Source: Hydrolagus colliei
Lineage: Eukaryota
NCBI GenBank assembly: GCA_035084275.1
Contig: CM068749.1
Coordinates: 13,950,001-14,014,000 of the forward strand
Reading direction: 5' to 3'
DNA length: 64,000 nt
This document shows, piece after piece, positions 12,336 to 25,877 of this stretch. The notes under the pieces are model-generated. The model saw only the letters and a program-made list of their open reading frames with translations. It searched no databases and had not been told where the DNA came from. How positions within the stretch are numbered: the first letter of the stretch is position 1; every line of letters begins with the position of its first letter. A program made the translations under genes and the position numbers.

Positions 12336-13174
12336 CCAACTCAGTGAACCCAATGAACAATTAGTTGAATATAGAGCTATAAAAGGATGATTGACATCAG
12401 CAAAACAGGAGCAGGGGAAACAAATAAAATTGTAAAAGTGAAATATTATAGATGGTCTATGCTTTATAGTGACCACAATCAATGTGAAATTACATCTCAG
12501 TCAAATCTTGCCAATGGATTATTCCACCCGGATTGAATGAAGTAGCCACACATGATACAGGTATAAATAAACAACAATAAAATTATACTTGTGTAGCACC
12601 TTTCACGTCTGGAGGACATCTCAATAAACACCCCTGTCCTGGTAAAGTGAGTATGAGTCGGCCCTAAAATGCTATACTTTTCAGATTGCTCAGTTTAGGA
12701 ATACATTGTAATTCTGCAGTTCATACTGCAGCAAAAGTATAGCATTTGATAGAGTTAGTACTTTTATTTCAGAAGGTCCAATTTGTGGTCCGGAAACATA
12801 AACAAACCATGGCAATCACATGAACTATGTTCAATTCTCTAACTGTCCAAAAAGTACACCCAATAGACCAGGATCCATTTACAGTGTAATATTATATTAT
12901 GACCATGACCTACGGGCTATCTTTTGTGTACACAAGTCAATTCCCTAGCTATTAAACTGGAGACCAAAGATCAATGTCATCATTTTAGTATAGCAGCAAT
13001 AAGTAGCCTTTAATACACAAAAAAGTGTACAACCAAATTAAACATAAGTACAGTAATACACCACATATGTACTCGCTGCTTCATCACAAGTTGATGAATC
13101 AATAAATGTTTCCAATGTTGAACAAATTTATTATGACAATTGAAGTTTGTATATCCTTATTTTCACAGCAAATA

Positions 13175-13390
13175 TTGTAGCATTGGAAATATCATGGCCA
13201 ACAACCCCCCAGATAAAATTGGTCATACACCCCAAGGTTGTTCTTTGGATGTTGCTGTGCTGAAATTGACTGCCATTGTTTGTCTATGAAATACACATTA
13301 AGCACATTTTACAGTGATATCCTGTAAAGCACTTTGAGACAATCTCCAAATATAAAAAAAAGGTGCTATATTAAATGCATGGATTAATAT
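13175..13390 (+). mobile_element. Old Deu-SINE 3' fragment
   Basis: tttgggatgttgctgtgc-like body, tgtaaagcactttgagac, gtgctatattaaatgcatggatt tail. Confidence 0.65.
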
Positions 13391-14587
13391 GACTGCTGGA
13401 GCAGTATGAATTTATAATTGAGGGATACATTGTACAAAACAATGCCTCAAAACCACAGTCAGGATAATGTAACAACAACAAACCACAAAGTTACACTTGT
13501 ATAGCACCTTTCATGTTAGGAGGACGTCCCAAGCATGGAATGTAGGTGTTGTTAATTCATTAAAGAGCTCAGGTGACAGGGCCCTTTAAATCGCTAAATG
13601 TTTAGTTGTGCTATACCTGCAGAATTTATTGTGAATTTTCAGGAAAAGCAGATTAATAGTACATAAAAAAGACCCAAAGTTGCTTGTATAAAATAAGAAT
13701 AAGGAGTAATGGAATATGGTAAAATAAAACAAAATAGTTTGGGGGGAATATAAATCAAATCATGGTTCAATTATGTTGCAATATCCAAGGGCTTCTAAGC
13801 TGATTATTCTATTGAATGCAGATCAACTATGAACTAAACTCAGACTTTTATAATTAAAAATACCAGTCACCAGTGACAGACATATTCTCTGGTGACTTGA
13901 GTCTATGTGACATCTGCATATTAAATCAAGACAACTCAGACCATGCCTGCAGACTAGAGCAATTCATAGTTAAAATAAAAAAAACCTCATGGATATCTCA
14001 TTCCTTCTCTTCATTAAAACAAACCTTAAATTGGTTGTTTAATAGTGTCCGGGTGCATTGACTGAATTGTGGCAAATGTAACCCTGATGATTAGATTCAC
14101 TTTCAGATCAGCCAGAACCAAACTGCATGGAATCTCTCTGAGGTCTGGTACATTAACCAAGCATATTCTTCAGATTGATATTGTATAATCTGATGAGTAT
14201 CCATTTGAGATTCAGGTTGGATCTGAAATACAAGTTGAACTATAATATGATGTATAAAAAAAACTAAGCGTTTTCACTGCAATTCACTCCATTCAGATTG
14301 GGATTCAACTATCACTTTAAAGAATTGTTATTGTCCGTATAAAGTGCACACGTAATGTATGGACTGAGGCGAAAGAAAACATTGTGAGCAAGATTACTTG
14401 TTCCACAGATTAAATACAACTGTTCATTTTATCGTCCCAGCCTGTCTCAGTGGTAGAAATTGCCTCCTGCCTTGTATATGGATGAAACAGCCATCTTTAA
14501 TCACAACCAAAGTTACAAAACAGCAACACATATGAGGCAACAAATATTTGGATAGTGTACTTCCCAACTGCTCCGTTGAAGACTTAC

Positions 14588-14780
14588 CATGTACCTGCAT
14601 TCCCTAAGGCTTCTCCCGCCAGTTGTTCAATGGGAAGAAGAGGAGTGCTTTCTCACTGTGGATGACTAATCGGCTGATGCACACACCGGTTCCTCCCCTC
14701 TCAGTCCACCTCCCATGGATACACCACAGGTTCCACAGCCGCACCCCACCCACTCACACTGTGTCAGCTGCCTGATCTGA
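14588..14780 (-). promoter_or_regulatory. Candidate alternative promoter / first exon ending ATG|GTAAGT
   Basis: Local GC-richer patch with GGGTGGGG box and E-box; perfect donor GTAAGT at 14587-14582 immediately after ATG. Confidence 0.3.
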
Positions 14781-14804
14781 AGGTGTGGTAGAATATCACA
14801 GTTT

Positions 14805-14892
14805 TGGCCACATTATATAGAATATCCTGTGAAGTGCTTTGAGACATCTTGATTGTGTGCATCTATATCAAATGCAAGGAATATTGTTTATT
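14805..14892 (+). mobile_element. SINE 3' fragment
   Basis: ctgtgaagtgctttgagacatc ... ctatatcaaatgcaagga. Confidence 0.8.
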
Positions 14893-15443
14893 GAAATTAC
14901 AGCACCAAATGAAACATTTTGCTCTATAGCTCTAAAAGGGCTATCTGTTTAGTCTCATTCTCTTGGCTTTTCTCCATATGTTTAGTATTTCTTTCATAGA
15001 AGCTTTAAACCTCCTAATCCATTCTAACCACATTATGGATCTGGCATTAATAGTTCAACAAACCCACTATATCTTGTGTGTGTGTGGGTTGGTGGAGGGG
15101 GGTGTTGGAGAAGAAGCTAATCTCTAATCTTCCTTCAGGCTCATACCTTTCAATTATTGTTACTAATCCACGTTATTATGCTTATTTCATTGTGATGATG
15201 AAGACTACAATTGGCCCAGGACACATCCCCTGTGGCTGTAAAGTATATAGTTCAAGTAACTTTACTCCACTAACAACAAAAAAATTACATTTATAGAGCG
15301 CGTTTCACTTCGCGAGGACGTCCCAGGGCGTTGGGTGTTAAAGGTCCCGTTTGAAAATAATAAGCTTATTAATTTGGGGATTTGAGAATATTTCAGAGGG
15401 TAACAGGCCCTGAATAATGCCGGTTTCTGACGCCAACTGTACT

Positions 15444-15770
15444 TAATAATAATCCTTGCATTTGATACCTTATCACGTCTTCAAGATACCTTATCACGTC
15501 TTCAAGATGTCTAAAAATGCTTCACAGAACGTGTATTGCAGGCCAAATGCGGTAGCCAATTGCACACAGTGGTGTCCCACAAACAGTCATGGAATGAGTG
15601 ACCACATTTTTCAACTTTAACTTTCATCTGACCTAACAGCTGAAGTGAATAGCCAATTTTACTGAAGGGAATGTTAGCCAGGACACAGGGAGGGAGAAAC
15701 TCCCTTCTCTTTTCCAATAGTGCCGTGGGATTTTTAACTGCAAACTGAGCAGGCACCGACCTTGGTTCTT
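15444..15770 (-). mobile_element. Deu-SINE with longer Deu core and internal 21-bp tandem duplication
   Basis: SINE tail with gataccttatcacgtcttcaa twice; core gccaggacac..gggagaaactccc..caatagtgccgtgggatttttaac resembles the SacSINE1/AmnSINE1 Deu domain in reverse. Confidence 0.8.
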
Positions 15771-15947
15771 AAACTTGCTGGATGATTCATTATTTATTTT
15801 ATTCATATAATTATTTTTTCAAAGAGAAATGTTTGAAGCAAAAATAAATCCTCATTATGGTTAAACTCTGGAACCGAGCAAGGGGCAAACGCTAATAATT
15901 TGGCAAGAGTTTGTTCCAATTATAATGATTGAGTGCTGAACCAAATA

Positions 15948-16070
15948 TGAGAGATCCAGAGAGAAGGTGGGGAGAGAGAAAGAGAGGGGTATCAAGAGAG
16001 GCAGAAAGGGAGAGAGGGAGTGATGGGGGAATGAGAGAGGAGAGAGAGCGAGGGAGAAGAGGGAGAGTTG
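15948..16070. repeat. Degenerate (GA)n purine-rich low-complexity tract
   Basis: Runs of gagaga/gggaga. Confidence 0.85.
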
Positions 16071-17024
16071 CCTGAGAAACACAGAAGTCGTACAGAAAAT
16101 ATTTTCCAAAACAAGCAGTTTCTGAAGTGGATTTAAAGAACATTAGAATTTGCGTGGCTCCTGAACATGAGCAATCAATTTATATTTCACATCAATAGCA
16201 TCATCATGTGGTTAATAATAATTTCCTTGCTCTACACAAAAACCATTAAAAAATAATTAATTTAAAACAAAGGTTATAGCCAGTGATGTAAGCAAAACAC
16301 TTGTGCAATGTACCCTTTCTATATGCTTATACAGCTGATGAGAACCATCTCATGACCTTGCCCTTGAGTTATTTAGTTGACTTACTTGTGGAATTTGAAT
16401 TCATATCACAGAGATATCCGTGAAACATCCTTCATTGACGTCATTTATGGGGCAGAGTAGCTTTAAGCAACGTCATGTTTTATCTAGTATTTCAACTTCG
16501 AAAGACATTATGGAAATGTAGAATCTGTTTTTGATAGTAAGGAAATAATCTGACACAATATAGGTGTTTGTCCCATAAATTAGATCAAATGCTGGGTTTC
16601 TTACATTTTATTCAGGCAAACGTGACAGAATTACATTAGCAATGTTTGCACTGCTAGAAATATTTCATATCGCTAGCACTGATTGTCAAAGGAACATTGC
16701 TGAGTAGTAATTCTGGACAAGTAGTGACTGACTCTCCAATACACTCTTTTTGATATTCTGAATTGAAAGATTCAATGTATTTTTATGCCCCAGTTTTTAA
16801 TCTATAGTTCAGAGTGTTCAAAATGTAAAAGTTCCAATAAACAACACAGAAATACTAATATCAGTGATGGGTGCTTTAACTGGATACCCAGTTGCAAATT
16901 CTTGATGCTTTTACTGAAACATGTAATTTTGAATTATACCAAGTCTCTTTTCATATTTCATTTCTTGTGGTCATACGTTCAGAAGAGAGTTGTGACAAAA
17001 GAAGACCTTTTCACTTCATCCTTC

Positions 17025-17164
17025 CAGTATGCATCATTGTGGCCAGATACCAAACATTATACAAATGTAATTTTGTTGCTGTTGTTGATACAGGCAAGTG
17101 GTATTTCTCTTTTGGGATGTGTTTATACATATATCAGATTTTTAACATTGTCTCAAACTCACAC
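17025..17164 (+). repeat. Local duplication, copy 1 (with short L2-tail insertion)
   Basis: attgtggccagataccaaac ... tatatcagattttt/caacatt.tctcaaactcacac shared with 19116-19248. Confidence 0.85.
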
Positions 17165-17527
17165 TATGTTTGAGACTGTCTTACCAATCACAGTAGCAAG
17201 CTGTCTTCTTTAATGAGTCCAGTGTCCTGATCTCTGCACCCTTCCTTGTAAACTATTATTACTTTTAATTACTTTTTGTGTGTGAAAAATACCTCCTGAA
17301 GTTTATTCTAAAGTTCCCTTTCACGACAATGAACCTGTGTCCCCTTATCTTGGTGTATCTAAAAGTAATGCTCTGGGTTTATATACCACCTGAACTTAAC
17401 TGAACTTGCCATTCATCCCATCATCCTATTTGCTCTTTCGTTTTTTACTGCCTCAGTTTCAAAATAAGTGATTAGTAAATTAATATCTCTGCATTTCTTT
17501 CTGGCTCCCCCTTGGCAAGTTCTATCT

Positions 17528-17640
17528 CAATAATATATAATAATCCTTGCATTGATATAATGCCTTATCAGGTTTTTGAGATGTCTCAAAGCACTTCACA
17601 GGATATACTGTAACATGGTGTGACTATGTTTATTGTGTGG
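17528..17640 (-). mobile_element. SINE 3' fragment
   Basis: taataatccttgcattgatata ... tctcaaagcacttcacaggatatactgtaa. Confidence 0.85.
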
Positions 17641-19115
17641 ACTTGTACCTCCTATTTTTACTTTTTAAGAATTTTTAAAGCAAATCATGAAAAATACTTT
17701 GAAAGATTCCTTAACGCACACTGACACAGATCCTGAGCTCACACTTTGGTCTCCATGTAACAAACATTGTCTTCTTCAGTTGAACCTTACGTACTGCAAC
17801 AATATCTCAGCTTGGGGTGAAGTGGGTTTAGTGTTCGGAGGCTGGATGATTGACTAAGCTCTTACGTTATTGGAACTTCAGGTGTAGTTTGTGACTCAAC
17901 ACTCCTTCCCCCAGGAGTTCACATTTTTAATTTTATCTCAGATAGCTAGTCTAGTGACAGACATTCACAAAAAGTCTGCGTGAATTGCCAGGGGAGCTAC
18001 TTAACAGCATTTAGATGCAGAGATGGCATTTGATTCCTGGGCAGTCACCGCTCTGTCGGTCCCAACAACAGATCAGCATCGAGTTAAGCAATCAGGGCAT
18101 CAGGATTCAGTGTGAATGGAACCACACATTGAATATGGTTTTTTTGAAGAATACATGGAAAATGCCTGTTAATATCTATCTATATAAAGAATAATACATT
18201 TTTAAAAGGAGAATCATTGCAGTTTGATTGACTTCCGATAGGTACATACCCCTCTCGGCCTATTAGCCTCCAAACAGTGAGAAAGCAGTAAGTCCCATGT
18301 GACAAGAGTGTTTATTTTAAGTGGAATAAATCTTTGTCAGCCCTGGTGTACAAAGATTACATCCAGACTGGGCCATTTCCAACTAGAGATGCTCTATCCT
18401 GGGATGCTGGTATTCTGACATTGTGACAAATTACTGGAACAAATGCTAAATAGTTGAACGGACAGGTGATGGATGGCCTCATAAGCCTTACAGGGCAGCC
18501 TGTGTAAGATACTAATTGGTTCTGTAGAACTGTTTTTTAGTCAATAAATTCACTTCAGAGATTTTTTTCGTGAAGACTTCTTTAAAGAACCAAGTGGTTT
18601 AGCTGACAGGCTGTCTGCAATATGTAAGGCCACCTGCAACTTAATTTTCATTGCAAGGCATTCGACTGAGGCGTGACATGATATGGTCTGTGGAAGTCAT
18701 TCAGGCCAGCCAGCCTGCAGCTGAATCTCATAAATCTTGAACAGAACTACAATATCCAGCTATGATATATAACAGGTTTGTCAAGGGGGCTGGAAACAGT
18801 CAACTTGAACTGGCTATTGTGAAGGAGAAGGGGAAAGGGGGCAGGCAGGTGATGGTGGGGAATCGATACTTATTTACATTTTTTAAGATATCACTGCATC
18901 CTACATTTCAATACCTCAACCAAACAACACATTTGTTCCATTAGGGTAAGGGTGGAGAGTGCAGTGTTTAAAAAAAAGATTGTCTGGCTATGTTTCAATC
19001 TGACAGTCAAGTGAAAGCATGTTTAGAACTTCTCGCATATACATAGACTCACTGGCTCCTCGGTAAAGGTTTGTGGTTTTGCAGCAGAAAATCCATAATA
19101 AATGTTTCAGTTCAG

Positions 19116-19248
19116 CAGTAAGAATAATTGTGGCCAGATACCAAACGTTACAAGCAAATGGTATTCCTCTTCTGGGATGCTGCTGTGTTTATATATATAT
19201 ATATAGATATATATATATCAGATTTTCAACATTATCTCAAACTCACAC
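19116..19248 (+). repeat. Local duplication, copy 2 (with (TA)n expansion)
   Basis: Matches 17025-17164; (TA)n at ~19190-19218. Confidence 0.85.
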
Positions 19249-19439
19249 GGTGGTTCGTCAAAGTGTTTTGAATATACTGTACAATATAATAAATCCATCT
19301 TAGTTTCTGACTGTTTGATAAATTATTATTTCTAGATGAATTTATTTCAGGAGGGGAAGGGTGTAATTCATTAATTTGCAAATTGTTGACAATGTAAAAT
19401 TAAAACCTTTCTTTCCCTTTAGCTAGACACCAATGAAGC

Positions 19440-19588
19440 TAGCTGCTGCTGTATTCTCCTCTCCTGCATAACAAGTTTCGCCCACAAAATATACAGTTAA
19501 TTCACTTTACAGTATACCCTGTGAAAAGTGCTTTGAGTCATCTCAAAGATGTGATAAGTGCTACATCAAATGCAAGGATTATTATTAT
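19440..19588 (+). mobile_element. SINE 3' fragment
   Basis: gtttcgcccacaaaatatacagttaattcactttacagt ... caaatgcaaggattattatt. Confidence 0.9.
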
Positions 19589-20124
19589 CCAAGAGTTATT
19601 TCCACACATTACAATTCAAATATAGAAAACACCACCAAGAGTCCCATTATTTAAAGAAAACATCAACAATTTCAGGTCAGGAAGACGTCTTAAAGCATTT
19701 ACAGAAGTGACTGGGAACCCAAGCTGAAGGGGCTGCAGTATATATTGCATGTGTGTGAGTGGGGGGAAGCAAAAATGTGGTAGAAGAGAAAGGTCAAACC
19801 CTTAAATTATTTCCCAATTGAGGAAAATACATGTTATGCCACTTTAGATGTAACACCTTACAATATAGAATAATCTGAAGGTGCTTCATACACAGAGGGT
19901 TACTTTGAAGTTTATTGGCAGTCTTTGAAATGCTGAGTCACACGGAGCAAAAGTCCTCCAGGTCCAGTTCCTATTGTTGTCAAGATTTCAGTTGGAATGA
20001 TGATGAAAGCTTGCTTTAATGTTCCTGGGTTACAAAGGAAAAAAAGAACAAGATTTCTGATTCTTAGTCGCTAACCAGCTGGAAATAACAAGTGTGTGAA
20101 CATTGAATGATATCAGGATCAGGA

Positions 20125-20419
20125 TAATAATAACCCTTGCATTTGATATAGCACTTTTCACGTCTTCTAGTCGTCTCAAAGTGCTTCACAGAGTATACTG
20201 TAAAGTGAATTGATTATATTATGTGGGCGAAACGCGGCAGCCAATTACGCACAGCAGTGTACCACAAACAATTGTGGATTGAAATGACCAATTGTTTTTT
20301 TTGAGGGATTATTATTAGAAGTGTGAAGTAAGGAAACATGTTGTTGTTGTTGCATGGAATCGAACCAAGCTCTCTCACTTGTAAGACGAATCCTCTAACT
20401 ACTGAGCCACAGGACTCCG
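20125..20419 (-). mobile_element. Near full-length tRNA-derived SINE
   Basis: Tail, body and head (actgagccacaggactcc); appears nested in an older repeat spanning ~19905-20460. Confidence 0.92.
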
Positions 20420-21029
20420 ATTAGTTGTGATGGACCTCACAATCAAATAAGTTACAGTTTCTCAGTTGAGACATGACAGTCACCCTCCTTCTCTTCCACA
20501 ATTACCTTCTTCAGCTCCCCACCAAAAACCCACTCATTGTGGAATATGTAAATGTCTCAATAATAGAGAAAGGAGTGATCTGATGAGATGGTGTTTAAGG
20601 TGCATTGCACTCAAGCTTGGCATGTTCTGTCATCACTGCACCAACTTAACTAACTCTGATGAGCGTGATTATTTTCTATTTCTATAATATTTCTATTTTT
20701 ATCTACTAATACTCCTCTTTGAATGGATCCTGCCTGTTATAAACCACTATCTGTAACTGCAGACGGTTTCATTCTATTGTGCATGGACTGTCTCTGATTT
20801 GCTTAGAAATTAGTAGCAAGTGGAATTTCAGATTCAACTAAAAATTGTAGATTGGTTTTCTAGAGGCTGTTACAGTTTAATAATATTTTACCATTTGACG
20901 CAGTTATACTGTCTCATGCCATGATTTGAGTCACAGGGACACTTGAGAGCATCTTGAAAGATTCTTTACATTTCTTTACATTGACTCATTTCATACATAC
21001 ATTTGTGGACAAACATGTATTTTCCAACA

Positions 21030-21450
21030 CTTTATCATACTAAAACATCTCAAAAGAGCTCTTAAATCTAGTGACTGATATTCCAGGCAACCACAGTAAG
21101 CCAATTGCACCAGCAGGGTTACACTAAACTATCAGATTAATAACCAATTAAACTGGAGGATTATTGACCAGAACACATGGGATGTCTCATGGGATCTTTA
21201 AAGACCAACTGTCGAGGTAGACAGAATCCTGATTTAATGTCTCACCTGAAAGATCACTGTTGTGGGAACACAGCCCTTTAAACTTTCCGAGCCGCTACCC
21301 TGTGTGGACGGAGCTACATAAGTGTAAGTTGTTGGTGATAAACACTGAATTTTAGCCCCTAAACTATAATCTTAATGTTTAACATGGGACTTGACTTAAT
21401 TGCTCAACTTTCTGACCAGAGGCCAGAGTGCTACAAACTGAGCTAAAGTC
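21030..21450 (-). mobile_element. Old Deu-SINE
   Basis: catgggatctttaa ... tttaatgtctcacctgaaaga (Deu core reversed) and ttctgaccagaggccagagtgctacaaactgagcta (tRNA head reversed). Confidence 0.65.
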
Positions 21451-22139
21451 ATTATGAGCATTGTCTTACAATACTGCCTGCCTGGAATACCCGCATGCTG
21501 CCAATTGGAAGTCAAGGCAGACTTGATGTCTGTTGAGATCTGACCTCACCGACTAGGCAGACAATACAATCTCCTGGCTCTGAATTAGTTCCTTTCTATA
21601 ATAAATGCACCAGTGTGATCAGGCAGCTTGGAGCAGCACTGTGTAAACCTACAGTGAATTTGCTACCAAATTACCCTCTTGCGTCATCACACCTAGCATT
21701 CTAACATCAACAACATGCAACGGCAGTAGCATCGCACAAACAAAAAAAATGTTTTGGCTGTAAAGGGATCCCACTGGGAGATTGCAGTATAAACAGTGAA
21801 ATATTGCTGAGTTCAACACTCAGCTGAGATTAAGGCGTGAAATAAAAGAAATGAACTGGTTTCACAAGAAAACAATGTTGAGATAATTGTTAAGATATAC
21901 AAGATGACGAATAAATCATGCTACTATTCATTTAAATAATAATTACTAATAATTCTAATAATTTCTTTGAGACTTATTAGACCATGTGATGGTTTCACGA
22001 CTTTTTGGTCACCCTATATAATCTTCCAATAAATGTTATGTGTGTTAAATAAACACCTTTACAAAGTTCTCTTGTATAATTCATTCTGATGCATGATTAG
22101 GCATTCTTTGTTACTTTATTACCAAGAGCACTATACAAA

Positions 22140-22230
22140 TACACAGTCACTACACCTTACAATAAAATCCTGCGAAGGAGCTTTGCAACATCGCAATACA
22201 TAATATATCAAATGCAAGGATTATAACTTG
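22140..22230 (+). mobile_element. SINE 3' fragment
   Basis: ctgcgaaggagctttg ... atatcaaatgcaaggattat. Confidence 0.65.
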
Positions 22231-23214
22231 TTATTGTAAACATTTTGTGAGCATGAAGGCTGCTGGGTGAAATTAAGCAAACAAGTAATTTGGTAGCAAA
22301 CTCTGTGTTAGTTTAGACTGTGTTGCCTTTGAGTTCCCTGATCATGCAGATGGATTTTCGGTAGAAAGAACGAATTCTGAGCCAGGAGATTGTACTGTTT
22401 GCATCGTCAGTCCTTAACGTAATTCCTCAATGTAATTTTCATCGTGACTTCCAAAGCCAGGAATTTTCCATTCTCAATTTTGCCTTGAAAACACCTGAGC
22501 AACTGCAGTTCCATCCTGTTCAGTCAGTTCAGGGGTTGACATGAGTGAAGATATATTCAGTTCCCAACATATTGACCTTTAACCCCCTATCTCCTTCCAA
22601 CTGTGGCACACTGAAGGTGTGAAAAGAGAAGACACAGCAGGTAGGCAGTTCCTGACTGACCTGGTAATAACATAAGCCGATGAATCACCATGTTCTTGTT
22701 GCTTCACACTTCTTTCACTGTAGTGTTTCAACACTTTTCGATTGAACTGTTAATTGTTTTCTTTGAACTGCTAATTATTTTTTGCTGTTTTTCCCCCTCC
22801 TCCTCATGGGTGGTAGGACAATGTAGGTTTGAAACTCCTGACTCCATCAAGTCACCTTTCCTTCCACTCATGGTGGCAAAAAATGTGACGTTTCATAAAA
22901 CTGGTAAGATGATAATTATGAAAGGTCTCACCCTTGCTTTGGACATGCTTATACTGCAGCAGATATAATATAAGGGATCACTTGGACCTTGTTGATGAAC
23001 TCAAAATCCAATTATAAAAGCTTCGTAAATTTCTAAAGTTAAAAATAATCTACATCATCACATTTTTATTAATCTCAATCAATATCAAAGCAAATATTAA
23101 AAATGTTAAATCTGATAATAAATTGTTTGTGTTTGATATTGCACCTTAATACTATACCTCACAGGATTTACCTGTAAAGTATAATAACATAGTGCATTTG
23201 GAGGCAAACACAAG

Positions 23215-23490
23215 TCAGTTTTCACACAGTAATGTTCCACAACAACCATGAATACCAATTTTATCTTAGGGATTGTTGGACAAGGCACAGGAGAAACTCC
23301 CTTTTCTTTTGGAATAGTCCTGCAGCACTATTTTAACATCCACCTAAATATGCAGATGCCACTTGAAGAACATACCTCTCATAATGCAGTACACCTTCAG
23401 TACTGTATTGAGGTATCCAGCCAGACTGTGTGAATTCAAATGTCTTACGTGGGGGCAATCTGCTGACATGATTTTTCACTTAGAGATGAA
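23215..23490 (-). mobile_element. Old Deu-SINE core
   Basis: ggagaaactcccttttcttttggaatagt ... aatgcagtacaccttcagtactgtattg. Confidence 0.65.
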
Positions 23491-23880
23491 AGTTCTTTAG
23501 CGAATACTGCAGCATGTTCATCGTTTCCATCATCATTACCTGCGACAATGCCTTTCTACTCATGTTTCAGCTATTCTAGCCATCCTGTCAGCAGCCATGT
23601 TATTGCATTCCAATTGCTAAAAGGTAGAATAAAAATCAAATAATTTGCCTTTGAGAACCACTCAACTTTGACAGAGTGAAGCTTGTTCATACATGGAATT
23701 GATTTTATCAAAAATTGACGCTTCCGCTCATACTAATTGATCCAAAGTACTAATACCTTGGGATAAATCATGATGAAATTCTATTCTGTTAAGTGATGAA
23801 AACAGAAAACTTTATAAATGATGCAGAAAATCTATTGCTAGACTGTCAACTTAAAGGATCTGCATCAGATGATCAGAGCT

Positions 23881-24060
23881 TATTATTAATAATTATAATA
23901 ATAACAATCCTGCATTTGATATAGTACCTTTCATCTCGAGAGGATGTCTCAAAGGACTTCACAGGTTTTACAATATAATGCAGTGACTGTGTGTTTTGTC
24001 GGTAACACAGCAGCCTATTTGTGAACTGTAATGTCCCACAAACGACCATGAAGTGAAACC
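23881..24060 (-). mobile_element. SINE 3' fragment
   Basis: (AAT)n, cctgcatttgatatagtacctttc ... atgtcccacaaac. Confidence 0.85.
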
Positions 24061-24839
24061 AAGCTTATTTGTTACAACAATCTGTGTATTGTTGGTGATG
24101 AGTACATAAATGTAGTTACACGAGGAATAGTGTATCTTGTTGAGCATCATATCAATGTTAATGTTAAACTCATAATGTACCTTGACAATGTCACTACAAT
24201 TGGCAACCTGCAAAATATTTTTTTTCAAGCCCTTTTCAATCATGGGTTGGGGAGGGGAGAGATATTTATATGTATGTTTGAAAACAATCATTTTATTTAT
24301 TACATACAATATCCATTTCAATATGTCTCCTCAATAAGCTACTTCTCTCAAATATAAGAGTTTATTTTTCAGTAATGAACTAATGCCTGGTATGACTTGT
24401 TGAATTTACTTGGTACTTGACTTCTGTTAAAGTTTCTCGATACGTAATCATGACTGACACAGAGATGTAAGATATTAAATCTGACTGACAGCCCCATAAA
24501 TCAGTATATTCATCTTCATTAACGCTTCAATTCTTGGATGTCAGGTAAACCAGTCCATATACCATGGAAAGGATAAGGTGTAGTGTCAAATACAATTTAA
24601 CCAATGTCATGGATTATTTCCCCACAAGATTCCAGACAGTTAACAATTTTGGTGGCACGGATTGTCAAGTTTTTGCCAACAAGAACATTATAAATCAGTT
24701 TCCAGACAGCCAGCTCAATTTCTTCCTTTGAAAAACTAGCTTCAAATCTGTACACAATCAACCTCAAAATTGTGCTATTGTTTCTGATTTACAACCAAGT
24801 CAAAATGCCAGAGTTTAGAGCAACTTTAGATAAGTCAAC

Positions 24840-25065
24840 TCAGCAGGATAAGAGTCTACGGGTTCAGGGAAGTGAGGGTAATTTCAGGACAGGCATCAAT
24901 AAGTATTTCTTCAGCACAGAGGATATTTGACTGATTGGAACAGCTTACCAGGAAAGTTGTTTGAAGCCAGGACACTGGAGTAGTGTACTAATAAACTTCA
25001 AATCACCATAACATAAAGAAGTCATCCACCCTTTAGAAGAAGTACAGAGGGAGAGCAACACGGAA
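24840..25065 (+). mobile_element. Degenerate CR1 ORF2 C-terminal pieces
   Basis: ttcaggacaggcatcaataagtatttcttc (FRT...KYFF), tggaacagcttaccaggaaagttgtttgaagcc (WNSLPGKLFEA), then ttagaagaagtacagagg (LEEVQR). Confidence 0.65.
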
Positions 25066-25877
25066 GAAGCCTTATTTTTTTTCACACAAATGTTTTAAAA
25101 ATTACTTTAATAGAGTATAACGGTAATGTTCCCTCTTATTTTTGGGGGGGGTTTAACAAGATCAAATCAAAATGCTGGTTATGATAACCAAAAGTTGGCA
25201 TCTAAAGGAAACAGCAGCTTCACCCTACCTCAATATTCTCTTGATGGCTATAGTCTTCATCAGTAAGTGAACAACCAATAATGAAAATGATTGCTTTGTT
25301 ACTACTGTATACAGTATATGTATGCAGATTATGTGGATAATAGAGGCAAGGTCATACATTTTCCAAATGGTTGCATTTTTTACAAATTCCATGAATTCAA
25401 TCTGTATTCGGTTACCTAAAACGATTACATGTCTTCCCTTATTAATTCATTTCCATTCTCAATGCATGATCTGCACAAACAGCAACAAATTAATTGCTTC
25501 CTTTTTGTATGTTTTAAGATTCTGCATCTGAGTCCATTTGCCTTTTGTCTTAAAAGAAATGTTCTGTTCTTCCCATTCACAGCTACATTTTGAACACAAT
25601 CGAGATGAGTTTTGAACACAAATAATGATAAACATCACACTGGAAATAGATAATTATGACAGACACCAGTTAAGAGCATGACATGGTTATGTATTATCTC
25701 ATTTTTTAAATACAGAGGAAATTATTATATTCCTTAGAGAAGCACACATTTTCACATACAATGGATAAACTGTCGTTGGATAAATAGGACTTGTTAAAAT
25801 CTGTCTCAATGTCTCTTAGATGTGAACACTCAGGAAATAAATTACACAATGCCCTCATCAGATGCCAATTCAAACAC

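Noticed and set aside
19905-20460. Ancient SINE-like repeat around the 20125 SINE, with a possible relative at ~62855-62960
   Set aside because: Similarity is too degenerate to assign a family or boundaries by eye.
1950-20665. Other CTGATGA motifs (near 1950, 2832, 14192, 16335, 20580, 20656) as hammerheads
   Set aside because: No stem II plus GAAA box at suitable spacing.
21990-22016. Mariner-like TIR (gactttttggtcaccct followed by ATA)
   Set aside because: No partner TIR or internal sequence found.
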